Positions 31,043 through 42,000 of a stretch of DNA of 64,000 bases are shown one piece after another. Position 1 is the first letter of the stretch, and each line of letters opens with the position of its first letter. The stretch covers positions 22,874-86,873 of the forward strand of contig JBLIRO010000006.1 of the NCBI GenBank assembly GCA_049472335.1, written 5' to 3'. Position numbers and translations under genes: made by a program. The notes beneath the pieces are model-generated. The model ran no database searches, was not told the origin of the DNA, and was given only the letters and a program-made list of their open reading frames with translations. The stretch comes from a bacterium (GTDB taxonomy: Bacteria; SZUA-182; DTGQ01; JAFGSM01).

Positions 31043-32176
31043 ATGGCTCAATCAAAAAAAAATGAAAAGGCAATAATCGTTTTAGAAGACGGCACCGTCT
31101 TTGAGGGGTTATCCTTTGGCGTGCCCGGAGAAAGAATTGCTGAGATGGTTTTTAATACCGGGATGGCAGGCTATCAGGAAGTGCTCACCGACCCTTCTTA
31201 TAAAGGCCAGATGGTTGTGATGACCGCACCCCAGATCGGCAATTACGGAATGAATCCGGATTTCTCGGAATCAGGGTCTATCCATATGGATGCATTTATA
31301 GTGAGAGAATTGAGCCGTATCCCTTCTCACCATGAATCACAGGAAGAACTTAGAGATTTTCTGATCAATAATAATTGTATGGGTATCCAGGGTGTGGATA
31401 CCAGGGCCATTACCCTTAGACTGAGGGAAGAGGGGGCTATGAAGGCCGTGATATCCACTCAGGATTTTGATAAAAAAAGCCTTTTGAATAAGATAGATAA
31501 AGCACCCGGTTTGATAGGCCGGGACCTTGTCAAGGAAGTGACATGGCTGGATCAGGATTTTTTTGAAAGGATGCAAAAGAGTTCAGCCGGAAATGATTTT
31601 CATGTTGTTGTTTACGATTTTGGCATAAAAAGGAATATCATACGGTCCCTGGTAGGAGCAGGATGCTGGGTGAGCGTTGTAAAGAGTGATACAAAGGCAT
31701 CGGATATATTAAAAATGAATCCGGACGGCGTCATGCTATCAAACGGTCCTGGTGATCCTGAAGGAGTGCCATATGTCATACAAGAGGTTAGGTCGCTTAT
31801 CGGCAAGCTACCGATCTTTGGCATCTGTCTGGGCCATCAGATAATCGGTCTTGCTCTTGGCGGGCGCTCCTTTAAGCTAAAATTCGGACATCACGGGGTC
31901 AATCATCCTGTAAAAGAGGTAAAAAACGGCAGGGTAAGGATAACGGTTCAAAACCACGGCTTTTGTATCGATCCGGATTCCATTAATGTAAAAGGTCTCG
32001 AGGTAACCCATATCAATCTGAATGATAATACCCTGGAGGGCATTTTTGTGCCGGATCAGTATCTTATATCTGTCCAGTTCCATCCTGAGGCAGCCCCGGG
32101 TCCGCATGACGCGAACGGACTCTTTAAGGATTTCAGAAAAATGATGAACAACTGGCGCAACAAAAAGAATAAATGA
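31043..32176 (+). CDS. carA: Carbamoyl-phosphate synthase small subunit
   Basis: FNTGMAGYQEVLTDPSY, SNGPGDP, ICLGHQ, QFHPEAAPGPHD. Confidence 0.98.
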   Translation: MAQSKKNEKAIIVLEDGTVFEGLSFGVPGERIAEMVFNTGMAGYQEVLTDPSYKGQMVVMTAPQIGNYGMNPDFSESGSIHMDAFIVRELSRIPSHHESQEELRDFLINNNCMGIQGVDTRAITLRLREEGAMKAVISTQDFDKKSLLNKIDKAPGLIGRDLVKEVTWLDQDFFERMQKSSAGNDFHVVVYDFGIKRNIIRSLVGAGCWVSVVKSDTKASDILKMNPDGVMLSNGPGDPEGVPYVIQEVRSLIGKLPIFGICLGHQIIGLALGGRSFKLKFGHHGVNHPVKEVKNGRVRITVQNHGFCIDPDSINVKGLEVTHINLNDNTLEGIFVPDQYLISVQFHPEAAPGPHDANGLFKDFRKMMNNWRNKKNK

Positions 32177-32185
32177 TGCAATTAT

Positions 32186-34069
32186 ATGAAGCCTGACTGC
32201 GGGATTATGTCCGTCCAAAAGAATCACCGACGCCGCGTCATACTGCTCATATGTCTTTTTCTGATAATACTCACCTATGTTTCTTTTTCCCGTATCCTGA
32301 AAAATGGATTTATCAATTTTGATGACATCGAGTATGTCGTAAAAAACCCCAGGGTAAATTCCGGTATCACTTTTGAAGGTATTAAATGGGCCTTTACTAA
32401 ATTCCATTTTTATAATTGGCATCCATTGACATGGATATCCCATATGGCGGACTATGAAATCTATGGCTTGAACGCGGGCGGACACCATCTTACCAGTCTG
32501 CTCCTTCACATACTGAATACTTTGTTGCTATTTATTGTTTTGAAATGGATTACAGGGTCCGTATGGCGAAGCGCCTTTATTGCATTCCTTTTCGCTGTTC
32601 ATCCGCTTCATGTCGAATCAGTTGCCTGGGTATCTGAACGAAAGGATGTCTTAAGCACCCTTTTTTGGATACTGACCATATGGGCCTATGCTTATTACGC
32701 AGAGAATAAAGGCATTAACAGGTATCTCTTGACTCTTTTTTGTTTTGCCTTTGGCCTTATGGCAAAGCCTATGCTCGTAACTCTTCCCTTTGTGCTACTT
32801 CTTTTGGATTATTGGCCTCTTAGGAGGATTAAATTCTTATACTCAGGCGATGAGAGAAATCCTCAAACTGATAAGGACTTTGATAGAGATTTTAAGAAGG
32901 CCTCCTTCTCCAACCTGGTTTTGGAAAAGATCCCCTTTTTGACCCTTTCAATTATCACATGTTTTTTAACCTTTTTTGCACAAAAGTATGGCGGAGCTGT
33001 AAAATCGCTCGATCTTTTTCCTTTGAATTTACGTATCGCCAATGCACTGGTTTCTTATTTAAATTATATTATAAAGATGTTCTTACCAATCAATCTGGCC
33101 ATACTTTATCCGTATTCTGAGATATTACCCATTTGGCGGGTATTAACCGCCGGATTTTTGCTCATAGGCTCGTTCATCATCGTTATCCGCAAATCAGGAA
33201 GGTATCCTTATCTTTTGACAGGGTGGCTGTGGTATATCGGAACCCTCATACCGGTTATCGGACTGGTCCAGGTGGGATTACAAAGCATGGCTGATAGATA
33301 CACATATATCCCTATGATCGGACTCTTTATAATAATCATATGGGGCATTTCCGATATCATACAAGTATTTTTCATTGGAAGGAATACGGTTGCGGGATTT
33401 TCAATTTTAATTATTGCAATCTTAATCACATCCACCTGGCTTCAAACCGGATATTGGTTTGATACGGAAACACTGCTTGAGCATACCATTAAAGTGACAG
33501 ACAGAAATTACCTGGCTTACAACGGTCTTGGCGTAGCGCTTATTGAACAGGGAAGAACCAAAGAGGGAATCGATAATCTCTATAAGGCGCTTCAGATCAA
33601 ACACGATTACGCTGAGGCACACAAAAATCTCGGTATTGCCTTGGTCAACCAGGGCAAGCTCGATGAGGCAATTTCTCATTATGAAGAAGCACTTAGTACT
33701 AGCCCTGATTCTGAAATTTTACATAACAGCATTGGAATCGCTTTATTCAAGAAGGGTGCTATTGAGAATAGCATAGCCCATTTTTCAGAGGCTGTAAGGA
33801 TTTGGCCCGGTTATGTGAGGGCGCATAATAATCTGGGAATAGCACTTTCCAGTCAGGGCAACATTCAGGATGCCATTCTTCATTATAAAAATGCATTAAA
33901 GATCAAACCCGATTATGCCGAGGCACACTTTAATATGGGAATTGCTCTTGAAAAGCTCGGCAGGAATGAAGAAGCCATAATCCACTATACTGAAGCCATA
34001 AAGATAAAACCCGATTATGACAGGGCCCGTTACAATCTTAGGAATCTGAATTACGGGTCAAAAACATAA
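32186..34069 (+). CDS. TMTC-like GT-C glycosyltransferase with C-terminal TPR repeats
   Basis: FDD loop motif, WHPLTWISHM, HPLHVESVAWVSERKD, ADRYTY, many TM helices, about 5 TPRs (AHNNLG). Confidence 0.85.
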   Translation: MKPDCGIMSVQKNHRRRVILLICLFLIILTYVSFSRILKNGFINFDDIEYVVKNPRVNSGITFEGIKWAFTKFHFYNWHPLTWISHMADYEIYGLNAGGHHLTSLLLHILNTLLLFIVLKWITGSVWRSAFIAFLFAVHPLHVESVAWVSERKDVLSTLFWILTIWAYAYYAENKGINRYLLTLFCFAFGLMAKPMLVTLPFVLLLLDYWPLRRIKFLYSGDERNPQTDKDFDRDFKKASFSNLVLEKIPFLTLSIITCFLTFFAQKYGGAVKSLDLFPLNLRIANALVSYLNYIIKMFLPINLAILYPYSEILPIWRVLTAGFLLIGSFIIVIRKSGRYPYLLTGWLWYIGTLIPVIGLVQVGLQSMADRYTYIPMIGLFIIIIWGISDIIQVFFIGRNTVAGFSILIIAILITSTWLQTGYWFDTETLLEHTIKVTDRNYLAYNGLGVALIEQGRTKEGIDNLYKALQIKHDYAEAHKNLGIALVNQGKLDEAISHYEEALSTSPDSEILHNSIGIALFKKGAIENSIAHFSEAVRIWPGYVRAHNNLGIALSSQGNIQDAILHYKNALKIKPDYAEAHFNMGIALEKLGRNEEAIIHYTEAIKIKPDYDRARYNLRNLNYGSKT

Positions 34070-35472
34070 CCTAAGGACTTAAGCTTTTCCATTTCTTCAT
34101 CTGTCAGTTTCTGGGGCTTTTCATTCAGACTGAGCTGCAAAAGGTCTTCCCCGCGAAGACGTGCCAGTCTGATCTGCAAATCCTTCACTCGATCTCTGTG
34201 CTTTTCCACAGCAATAAGATCGTGATGTTCGTCAGGATCTGTCCTGAGATCGAACAACTCTGTTTTTTCAAACTTGGGTGTATGTATCAGTTTGAAACCA
34301 TCCATTATTATTGAAAATCTAACTTCATCCTTAACCAGCAGAGACTTAACTTCAGCAAAGATCTCACTCTCTCCTCCACTCCTTCTGAGCAAATCCCGTC
34401 CGCGAAAGCTCAAATCCGTCTTCAGGTCCAGCATCTTTAAAATGGTAGGAACAATATCGATATGCTGGACAAAATCGGCCCTTCTGCCGGCCGGTTTACT
34501 TCCGTATTTTATTATAAGGGGAACATGAGTCACGCTGTTGTAAAGGTTCTCCCCATGCGAGAAATAATAGTTATGTCCCCCCATGGCCTCCCCATGATCG
34601 GATGTAAAGATTATCATTGCATCCTTAAACAAACCAAATCGATCCAGGCAGTCTGTCAGGCGCTTGAAATGTTCATCCTGATATCTGATCTCGCCGTCAT
34701 AGCGGGAAACGTAATAGTAAAAATCCCTGTTTTCTTCTAATCTCTGGTAAGATGGAATACCGCCGAAACCGCTCAATGATTTATTCACATCAAGATAAAA
34801 TGGTTTTTGGCTGGGATTCCTGAATTGCCCGACAAAACCATCAGGAGGAGTGTACGGTCCGTGCGGGTCCTGATAATGAATCCACATGAACAGTTGTTCC
34901 TCATGAAATTGCTCTATCAGTTCTATTGCTCGATCCGTGGTATGTTCCGCAATCCTCTCCGGCCAGTCCCTCACAACTTCCCTGTCTTCCAGGCTGTCGT
35001 CGAATATGGTAAAACCCTGGGCCCATCCGGATTTCTTTCTGAGAAGATAATTGCTCACTACTCCCACGGTTTTATATCCCAGCCTTTTCAGGATTATAGG
35101 AAGTATCTCAACCCCCATTGGCAAGGAAAGACGTTCTATGGCCTTTGTTTCATGGGGAAGGAATCCGCTGAGTATGCTTGCACAGCTTGACCAGGTTTCA
35201 GAGGCATTCGAGAAACAATTCTCAAACAACAAGGCATTGGAGGCAAATCTATCGATGTTGGGAGAAGTGTCCTTCGGGTATCCGTAGCATCCCAAATGGT
35301 CCGCCCTCAATGTATCCACGGTGATAAGGAAGATATTGGGCCTTTTCACGTACCTTTGCAACTCACACCCCTCCAGAAACAGACTGCCTGAGATACCAGC
35401 CGCCAGCCCGCCATAGAGACCGTATTTCAAAACTTCACGCCTGCTTAAATCCTTTTCGAAAAATCGATTCAT
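34051..35472 (-). CDS. Sulfatase-superfamily hydrolase, probable Tat lipoprotein
   Basis: SRREVLK twin-arginine, LEGC lipobox, PNIFLITVDTLRADHLGCYGY, DPHGPY, SDHGE, EKLKSLGY; start moved from 35541 to ATG 35472. Confidence 0.88.
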   Translation of the reverse strand: MNRFFEKDLSRREVLKYGLYGGLAAGISGSLFLEGCELQRYVKRPNIFLITVDTLRADHLGCYGYPKDTSPNIDRFASNALLFENCFSNASETWSSCASILSGFLPHETKAIERLSLPMGVEILPIILKRLGYKTVGVVSNYLLRKKSGWAQGFTIFDDSLEDREVVRDWPERIAEHTTDRAIELIEQFHEEQLFMWIHYQDPHGPYTPPDGFVGQFRNPSQKPFYLDVNKSLSGFGGIPSYQRLEENRDFYYYVSRYDGEIRYQDEHFKRLTDCLDRFGLFKDAMIIFTSDHGEAMGGHNYYFSHGENLYNSVTHVPLIIKYGSKPAGRRADFVQHIDIVPTILKMLDLKTDLSFRGRDLLRRSGGESEIFAEVKSLLVKDEVRFSIIMDGFKLIHTPKFEKTELFDLRTDPDEHHDLIAVEKHRDRVKDLQIRLARLRGEDLLQLSLNEKPQKLTDEEMEKLKSLGYVFDP

Positions 35473-35572
35473 AACCTTGGTTTGTTTCGCATCACTGATC
35501 ATTTTAATCAATCCTATCAATTCTATACTGCCGGTTAGCACAAATCAAATTAGATGATTTAAGTACCCTAAT

Positions 35573-35602
35573 TTGACATGATCAATGATCATTGGATATA
35601 CT
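35573..35602 (+). promoter_or_regulatory. Putative sigma70 promoter for carB
   Basis: TTGACA-18 bp-TATACT; spacer contains the palindrome CAATGATCATTG. Confidence 0.6.
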
Positions 35603-35711
35603 TTTCAGCGAAATCAGGAATTATCCTTATGTTTTGATATTAGACAAAATGGCTTTATTCGATTTTATCGATTATTAATTCAATTATAATTAAATACAAT
35701 AAATTTCAAAA

Positions 35712-38700
35712 ATGCCTAAACGTGAAGACATAAAAAAGGTCCTTATAATAGGATCCGGGCCTATCATAATAGGCCAGGCATGCGAGTTCGACTATTCAGG
35801 CACACAGGCTTGCAAGGCTTTGAAGGAAGAAGGTCTGGAGGTAGTTCTTGTCAATTCCAATCCGGCTACTATAATGACTGACCCGCAGATGGCAGACCGC
35901 ACATATATAGAGCCTATAACACCCGAATTAGTTGAATTAATAATAGAACAGGACCGTCCTGACAGTCTTCTTCCTACTCTAGGTGGGCAAACAGGCCTGA
36001 ATGTCGCCATGGATCTCTATAGAAACAAGGTCCTCAAAAGGTATGGCGTTAAAATGATTGGAGCCGCCCCTGATGCTATCCAGAGGGCGGAGGACAGGGA
36101 GGAGTTCAAGGCAGCAATGGCAAGAATAGGCCTTGAATTACCCAGAAGCGTGATTGCAAGAAGTATGGAAGAGGGCAGGGCGATACTTGAAGAGATCGGG
36201 CTTCCTCTTATTATTCGTCCGAGCTACACCCTCGGCGGCACGGGCGGAGGCGTAGTCAATACAAAGGATGCTTATCTGGGGATACTTCGTAAAGGGTTAG
36301 AATTGAGCCCTATTCATGAGGTCCTTGTGGAAGAATCCATTTGGGGCTGGAAAGAATTTGAGCTGGAGGTCATGAGGGACAGGATGGATAATGTGGTCAT
36401 TATATGCTCCATAGAAAATATAGATCCCATGGGTATTCATACAGGCGACAGCATTACAGTGGCCCCTGCTCAAACACTGACAGATAAGGAATATCAGAGG
36501 ATGCGGAACGCAGCCATAAAGTGCATCAGGGAGATCGGTGTGGATACCGGAGGCTCCAATATCCAGTTTGCCATAAATCCCAGGGATGGAAGGATGATGA
36601 TCATCGAGATGAATCCCAGGGTTTCACGAAGCTCGGCTCTCGCATCCAAGGCCACCGGTTTTCCTATTGCCAAAATAGCAGCAAAATTGGCTATAGGCTA
36701 CACACTTGACGAGCTTCCCAATGACATAACGAAAAAAACACTTGCATCCTTCGAGCCAACCATTGACTATTGTGTCCTCAAATTTCCCAGGTTTACCTTC
36801 GAAAAATTCCCCGGCGCCGACCCCCGGCTGACCAGCTCCATGAAGTCGGTTGGCGAGACAATGGCCATTGGAAGGACTTTCAAGGAGGCCTTTCAAAAGG
36901 GTTTGAGGTCCCTGGAGACCGGACTTTCCGGTTTCGACGGAACCGGTCCGGGTGCTTCACTTTCAAAAGAAGAGCTGAAAAGACATCTTAAAGAGCCGTC
37001 CTCCGACAGGATACTCTTTATAAAAAGGGCCATGCAAGCTGGAATGGGTATAGATGAGATCAACGGTCTATCACATATAGATCCATGGTTCCTGGACAAT
37101 CTTCTTCAAATCGTTGAAGAGGAAAGCAGACTAAAGGAGATGGATCGTTACACCATCACGCAGCTTTCTCCGGATAAGTGGCGGAAATTAAAGGGAATGG
37201 GCTTTTCAGACAGATATCTCGCCAGGCTCTGGAAAATCGATGAGGCAATCATACGCGGTATCCGGATGGCAAAGGGTGTCACGGCGTCCTATAAGCTGGT
37301 GGACACATGTGCGGGTGAGTTTGAGGCAGCTACACCTTACTTTTACTCTACCTATGACTCGGAAAATGAAAACAGGATCTCCGGTCGCTGGAAGGTCATC
37401 ATCCTGGGAGGCGGTCCGAACAGGATAGGGCAGGGGATTGAGTTTGACTATTGTTGCGTCCAAGCGGCTATCGCCCTCAGAGAAATGGGGATAGAATCTA
37501 TCATGGTCAACTCCAATCCGGAGACCGTGTCTACGGATTACGATATATCGGACAAGCTCTATTTCGAGCCGGTTACATATGAAGATGTAATGAATATATG
37601 TGACCAGGAGAGGCCGGAAGGAGTTATCATACAGTTTGGCGGCCAAACACCCCTAAACCTCGCACTGCTGCTTCATAGAGAGGGTGTTCCCATACTCGGC
37701 ACAAGCCCTGAAGCGGTTGATATGGCCGAGGACCGGGATAGATTTCAATCCCTCTTAAAGAGGCTTTTTCTGAAACAGCCTCCCAACGGGATTGCATCAA
37801 ATCTTGATCAGGCATCTGAAATCGCAGAACGTATCGGCTTTCCGGTACTTATGCGGCCTTCATATGTTCTGGGCGGCAGGGCAATGGCTATTATCCATGA
37901 TGAAGCAGAGATGAAGGAATTTATGGACAAAACGGAGGAATTGATAGCGGAAAAACCTATCCTTGTGGACAAGTTTCTGGAAGATGCAACAGAGATCGAC
38001 GTTGATGCCATTTGTGACGGGAAAATATGCATTATTGCCGGAATTATGGAGCACATAGAGGAGGCCGGCGTTCATTCGGGTGACAGCGCCTGTGTCATAC
38101 CACCAACATCCTTAACGGAGGAGATGCTGGAAATGGTCAGATCTGCCACAGAGAAGCTAGCGCTGGAGATGAGGGTCATAGGGCTTATGAATGTGCAGAT
38201 GGCAGTAAAGGGTGAAAATCTTTATATTCTTGAAGTGAATCCAAGGGCATCGAGAACTGTTCCTTATGTGAGCAAAGCTACAGGCATACCCTGGGTAAAG
38301 CTGGCTACAAGGCTTATGATGGGAGAACCCCTTTCAGGATTAATTACGGAAGTTCCCTCAATGCTAAATCACGTGGCTGTTAAGGAATCCGTTCTTCCCT
38401 TCAACCGTTTCCTTGAAGTTGATCCTGTTCTCGGTCCAGAGATGCATTCCACAGGTGAAGTTATGGGTATTGACCAGACCTTTCCTATGGCATTTGCCAA
38501 ATCGCAGATGGCTGCGGGCAATACTATCCCGACATCCGGAAACGCATTCATAAGCGTAAGGGATAAGGATAAGAGGGATATCGTTCTCATAGCTCATCTT
38601 CTCAGCCAGATGGGATTCCGGATATTGGCGACAAAGGGCACACATACGGCCCTTAAAATAAACGGCATTGCTTCCCAGGTTGTCCGAAAAGCGAGCGAAA

Positions 38701-38948
38701 CCCATCCGAATCTTCTTGACCTGCTCGGATCGGGGGAGATACATCTCGTGATCAATACCCCTTCAGGAAAGGAAACCCGTATGGATCAGATATCCATACG
38801 ACGCCTTGCGGTCGGACAGGGTATTACTTATGTCACTACCTTGCCCGCTGCCCGGGCACTTGTCATGGCTATAGATGCCCTGCAAAAAAATAAGCTTACG
38901 GTTCGGCCTATACAGGCATATCATTCAGGCGAAAAAAACATTAATTAA
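35712..38948 (+). CDS. carB: Carbamoyl-phosphate synthase large subunit
   Basis: [30 protein letters not shown], two ATP-grasp halves, MGS domain. Confidence 0.99.
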   Translation: MPKREDIKKVLIIGSGPIIIGQACEFDYSGTQACKALKEEGLEVVLVNSNPATIMTDPQMADRTYIEPITPELVELIIEQDRPDSLLPTLGGQTGLNVAMDLYRNKVLKRYGVKMIGAAPDAIQRAEDREEFKAAMARIGLELPRSVIARSMEEGRAILEEIGLPLIIRPSYTLGGTGGGVVNTKDAYLGILRKGLELSPIHEVLVEESIWGWKEFELEVMRDRMDNVVIICSIENIDPMGIHTGDSITVAPAQTLTDKEYQRMRNAAIKCIREIGVDTGGSNIQFAINPRDGRMMIIEMNPRVSRSSALASKATGFPIAKIAAKLAIGYTLDELPNDITKKTLASFEPTIDYCVLKFPRFTFEKFPGADPRLTSSMKSVGETMAIGRTFKEAFQKGLRSLETGLSGFDGTGPGASLSKEELKRHLKEPSSDRILFIKRAMQAGMGIDEINGLSHIDPWFLDNLLQIVEEESRLKEMDRYTITQLSPDKWRKLKGMGFSDRYLARLWKIDEAIIRGIRMAKGVTASYKLVDTCAGEFEAATPYFYSTYDSENENRISGRWKVIILGGGPNRIGQGIEFDYCCVQAAIALREMGIESIMVNSNPETVSTDYDISDKLYFEPVTYEDVMNICDQERPEGVIIQFGGQTPLNLALLLHREGVPILGTSPEAVDMAEDRDRFQSLLKRLFLKQPPNGIASNLDQASEIAERIGFPVLMRPSYVLGGRAMAIIHDEAEMKEFMDKTEELIAEKPILVDKFLEDATEIDVDAICDGKICIIAGIMEHIEEAGVHSGDSACVIPPTSLTEEMLEMVRSATEKLALEMRVIGLMNVQMAVKGENLYILEVNPRASRTVPYVSKATGIPWVKLATRLMMGEPLSGLITEVPSMLNHVAVKESVLPFNRFLEVDPVLGPEMHSTGEVMGIDQTFPMAFAKSQMAAGNTIPTSGNAFISVRDKDKRDIVLIAHLLSQMGFRILATKGTHTALKINGIASQVVRKASETHPNLLDLLGSGEIHLVINTPSGKETRMDQISIRRLAVGQGITYVTTLPAARALVMAIDALQKNKLTVRPIQAYHSGEKNIN

Positions 38949-39015
38949 CATCGAAAAAAGAAACGTTCATTGCTATCAACAAAAATATTACCAAGTCTGG
39001 AAATCCAAGACCTGC

Positions 39016-39050
39016 AAAAAAGGCCGGATCAGTTTTGATCCGGCCTTTTT
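39016..39050. terminator. Bidirectional rho-independent terminator
   Basis: AAAAAAGGCCGGATC-AGTTTT-GATCCGGCCTTTTT between convergent genes. Confidence 0.9.
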
Positions 39051-39066
39051 AAGATCTTTGATATTA

Positions 39067-42000
39067 TTAGTATAAAGTGTCTGAATATCCATAACGTATT
39101 GCCTGCTCTGATCCTGAACTTCCTGGTGGATCAGGCAAGGTATTGTTTGGGATAAACTCAAAATCAAGTATATCCCCCGGACTAAAATCAAACCAGATAA
39201 CAAAAGGATTATCCGTTGATTTATCAGAAGGATCCGGGAATGTACCCTGATAGGTATAACAATCAGGATATTCTACATGGAAGATCTCATCCGCCTCATT
39301 CACAATTACCCTGAAGACGGATCCTGCAATGGGCGGATTTCCTTTTTCATCCTGGATATACACGGTAAAAGCGACTACGTGTCCGAACATATTATTCGGA
39401 GTGACATCCATGAAACATTCTCCTGAAAAAAGTACGGGCATTCTTGCCATAATCCGGTTAGTCATACCACTTTTACTGCTTTCCCATACAAATCCGGCTG
39501 GAGCTGAGGCAAGCCCGCTTTTGGACCTAAGAAAATTGATGCCTTCTCCACCTATATAGACGGCTTTAGGACCCGCAGGATCACTATCGATAGCGAGGCT
39601 GTGCATCGCAAAAAGCGTGATATCATCCGGTGGTTCATACTGGGGAAGTCCCTGATTGGCTTCCTGCCAAGGCTCTATCGGCAGGTTGGTTATGGTATCC
39701 AGGGTTCGGACATAGACATTGCCGACAGCATGAGGTATAAGGGCTCCCATATAATATGTGACCGCATAGAGTTTATTGTTCACATTGTCTATCAGGAGAT
39801 CTTTTATATTTGTACCTGGGGCACGGATCGTATCGAAGGTAAAGGTGTCGCCTTCTTTAAAGTCAAATGTTCCGTCATATATTTGAAATGCAATTTCCTG
39901 GTTATCCGATTCGTAAGGAATGCCTACGGTTGCATCCGATTGCGGACCTGACTGACTCCCGACCACGCTGAATATCCCGGAATCAGATATAGCGCTTGTA
40001 CAGGTCACGGTCCATGTCTCTGATAACACATTTGGTTTTACAGTCACCTTACTCATTGAACCATTTCCTATATTTCCCGCATTCGGTAATGGTTCCGTGG
40101 CGGAAAGCCCTTTGCTCATTCCTCCTGAATAGGATATCCACGATACGGCTCCATCATTAGTTCCCCATACTCCGGCATCTTCTGTACCCACATAAAACAC
40201 GTGAGGAGGATCCGGATGCATTTCAATGGTCATGATCCTGTCACCAGAAAAAGATGTGGCCTCTGACCAGAGGATTCCGCCGTCCAGGCTTTTGAATATA
40301 CCGGCATCCGTACCAGCGAATAAAGTCGCTGATGAACCATTGGTGCCCGGCACTTTGACAATATCATGCACGACTTTACCAACCCCCAGCCCGCTCGCTA
40401 TTATATGAAACTCAAATATGTCTCCTGCATCAAAAGGAGTATATCCTGTGTAAATCGTAAAGGCCACTTCGTCATTATCCGATACATAAGGTTCGTTATT
40501 TCTGGCTCTGGCATATTGGATGCCGGAGATTTCTCCTGTAACAACCCATTTCCCATCCGCTATGCTGCTTAAAGAGAAAAAATCCCCTTTCTTGAAGAAA
40601 TTTTTCTCACCTGAATAAATAGTAAAACTAATAAGGCTGGAGACAAATGGAATATCGGTTCTGGCATTGCCATATTTTCCTCCATTGGGATCAGAATAAT
40701 CAGCCTTGATATACCAACTGTCCGCCAATGTTTGGAAGGTAAAGCAATCCCCATGACTAAAAGTGCTATTGGGTATTATATAGAATTCCACCTCACTATT
40801 ATCGGAGATATATGGCTTTGAAAGGTCCATATATTTAGCTTGAAGACCGGAATAAGTTCCTCTTACTTCGAATCCGGCTTCTGTCCAACCGAATGTAAGA
40901 TTCGGATCACGGTAGGTCACAAACCACGTTTCATTCCTGGTAGAGGCTGACGTATCAGTCACATATAGTATGCCATGATTATTGGGATCAGGCTTTCCTG
41001 TTGTTGAAAGATTAGGATCAAACCCACCCACATATGTGATAGTCCATGATTCTGTACCTGCCAGTAAAGATATTTCAAGATCATCCAGGTATCCATCGGC
41101 ATTACTCCCTGACGCAGAAGTATTGGGATAAAAAGGACCATTCTGATCTATATATACACTTGTTTTTACATAAGTGGCTGTCCATTTTTCAGTCTTTGAT
41201 GTATAGGAAAGTTCGGGCGTTGTGATATATCCCTTGTCATTATTATTTGGATTATCATAAGTACTGCCTTTTGAATAGAATAGTATGCCACGATTGGGAT
41301 CCACCTTTCCTCCCCAACTGAAATTCTCTCCATCCGGAGAATACAGGGCACCATACCCATTGGTCCCAATCCATACATAGGGACTGCCTGTATCATCGCA
41401 TAAAACTGATAAAACTGCCTTATCCGTGCTGAAGATACCATCCCATTCCTCGGAGTTATTGCTGTTCCAGTTCAGGCCGCCATCAATACTACGGAATATA
41501 TTACCTTTTCCTAAATAACCTGTGGCGGCATACAAAACATTGTGATTATCAGGATCTATAGAGATGTCATTGATATAGGGATCAATCCAGTTCTGTCCGG
41601 ATATGGTGGATGAACGGCTGATATTCTCCCAGGAATAACCGCTGTCCGTGGATTTATAAATACCACCGCCATCGGTTCCTGCATAAATAATATGGTAGTC
41701 CGGGGACGGGGTCACGGCAATGGTTGTCACATGAGTGGTTCTCCCTCCATTGGTGGCCTCTGCCGTCAGTGAAAGAAAACCTTCATGGGGTTCCGGGGCT
41801 GAACTTTCGAGCGTGCTTGTCGCGACTCCATCTGTTGTCTCAGAGCTGCCCGGTACTGTAGAACCACCTGTATTGTATGTCTTAAAAGCGATCGCCGTAT
41901 CGTCCGGGACAGGGTTACCTGATATGTCACCTGCCCGGATGCTGATCGGATCAGCAATTCCATCTAACCAAAGACCTGACACATTGATATATTGTGCGGA

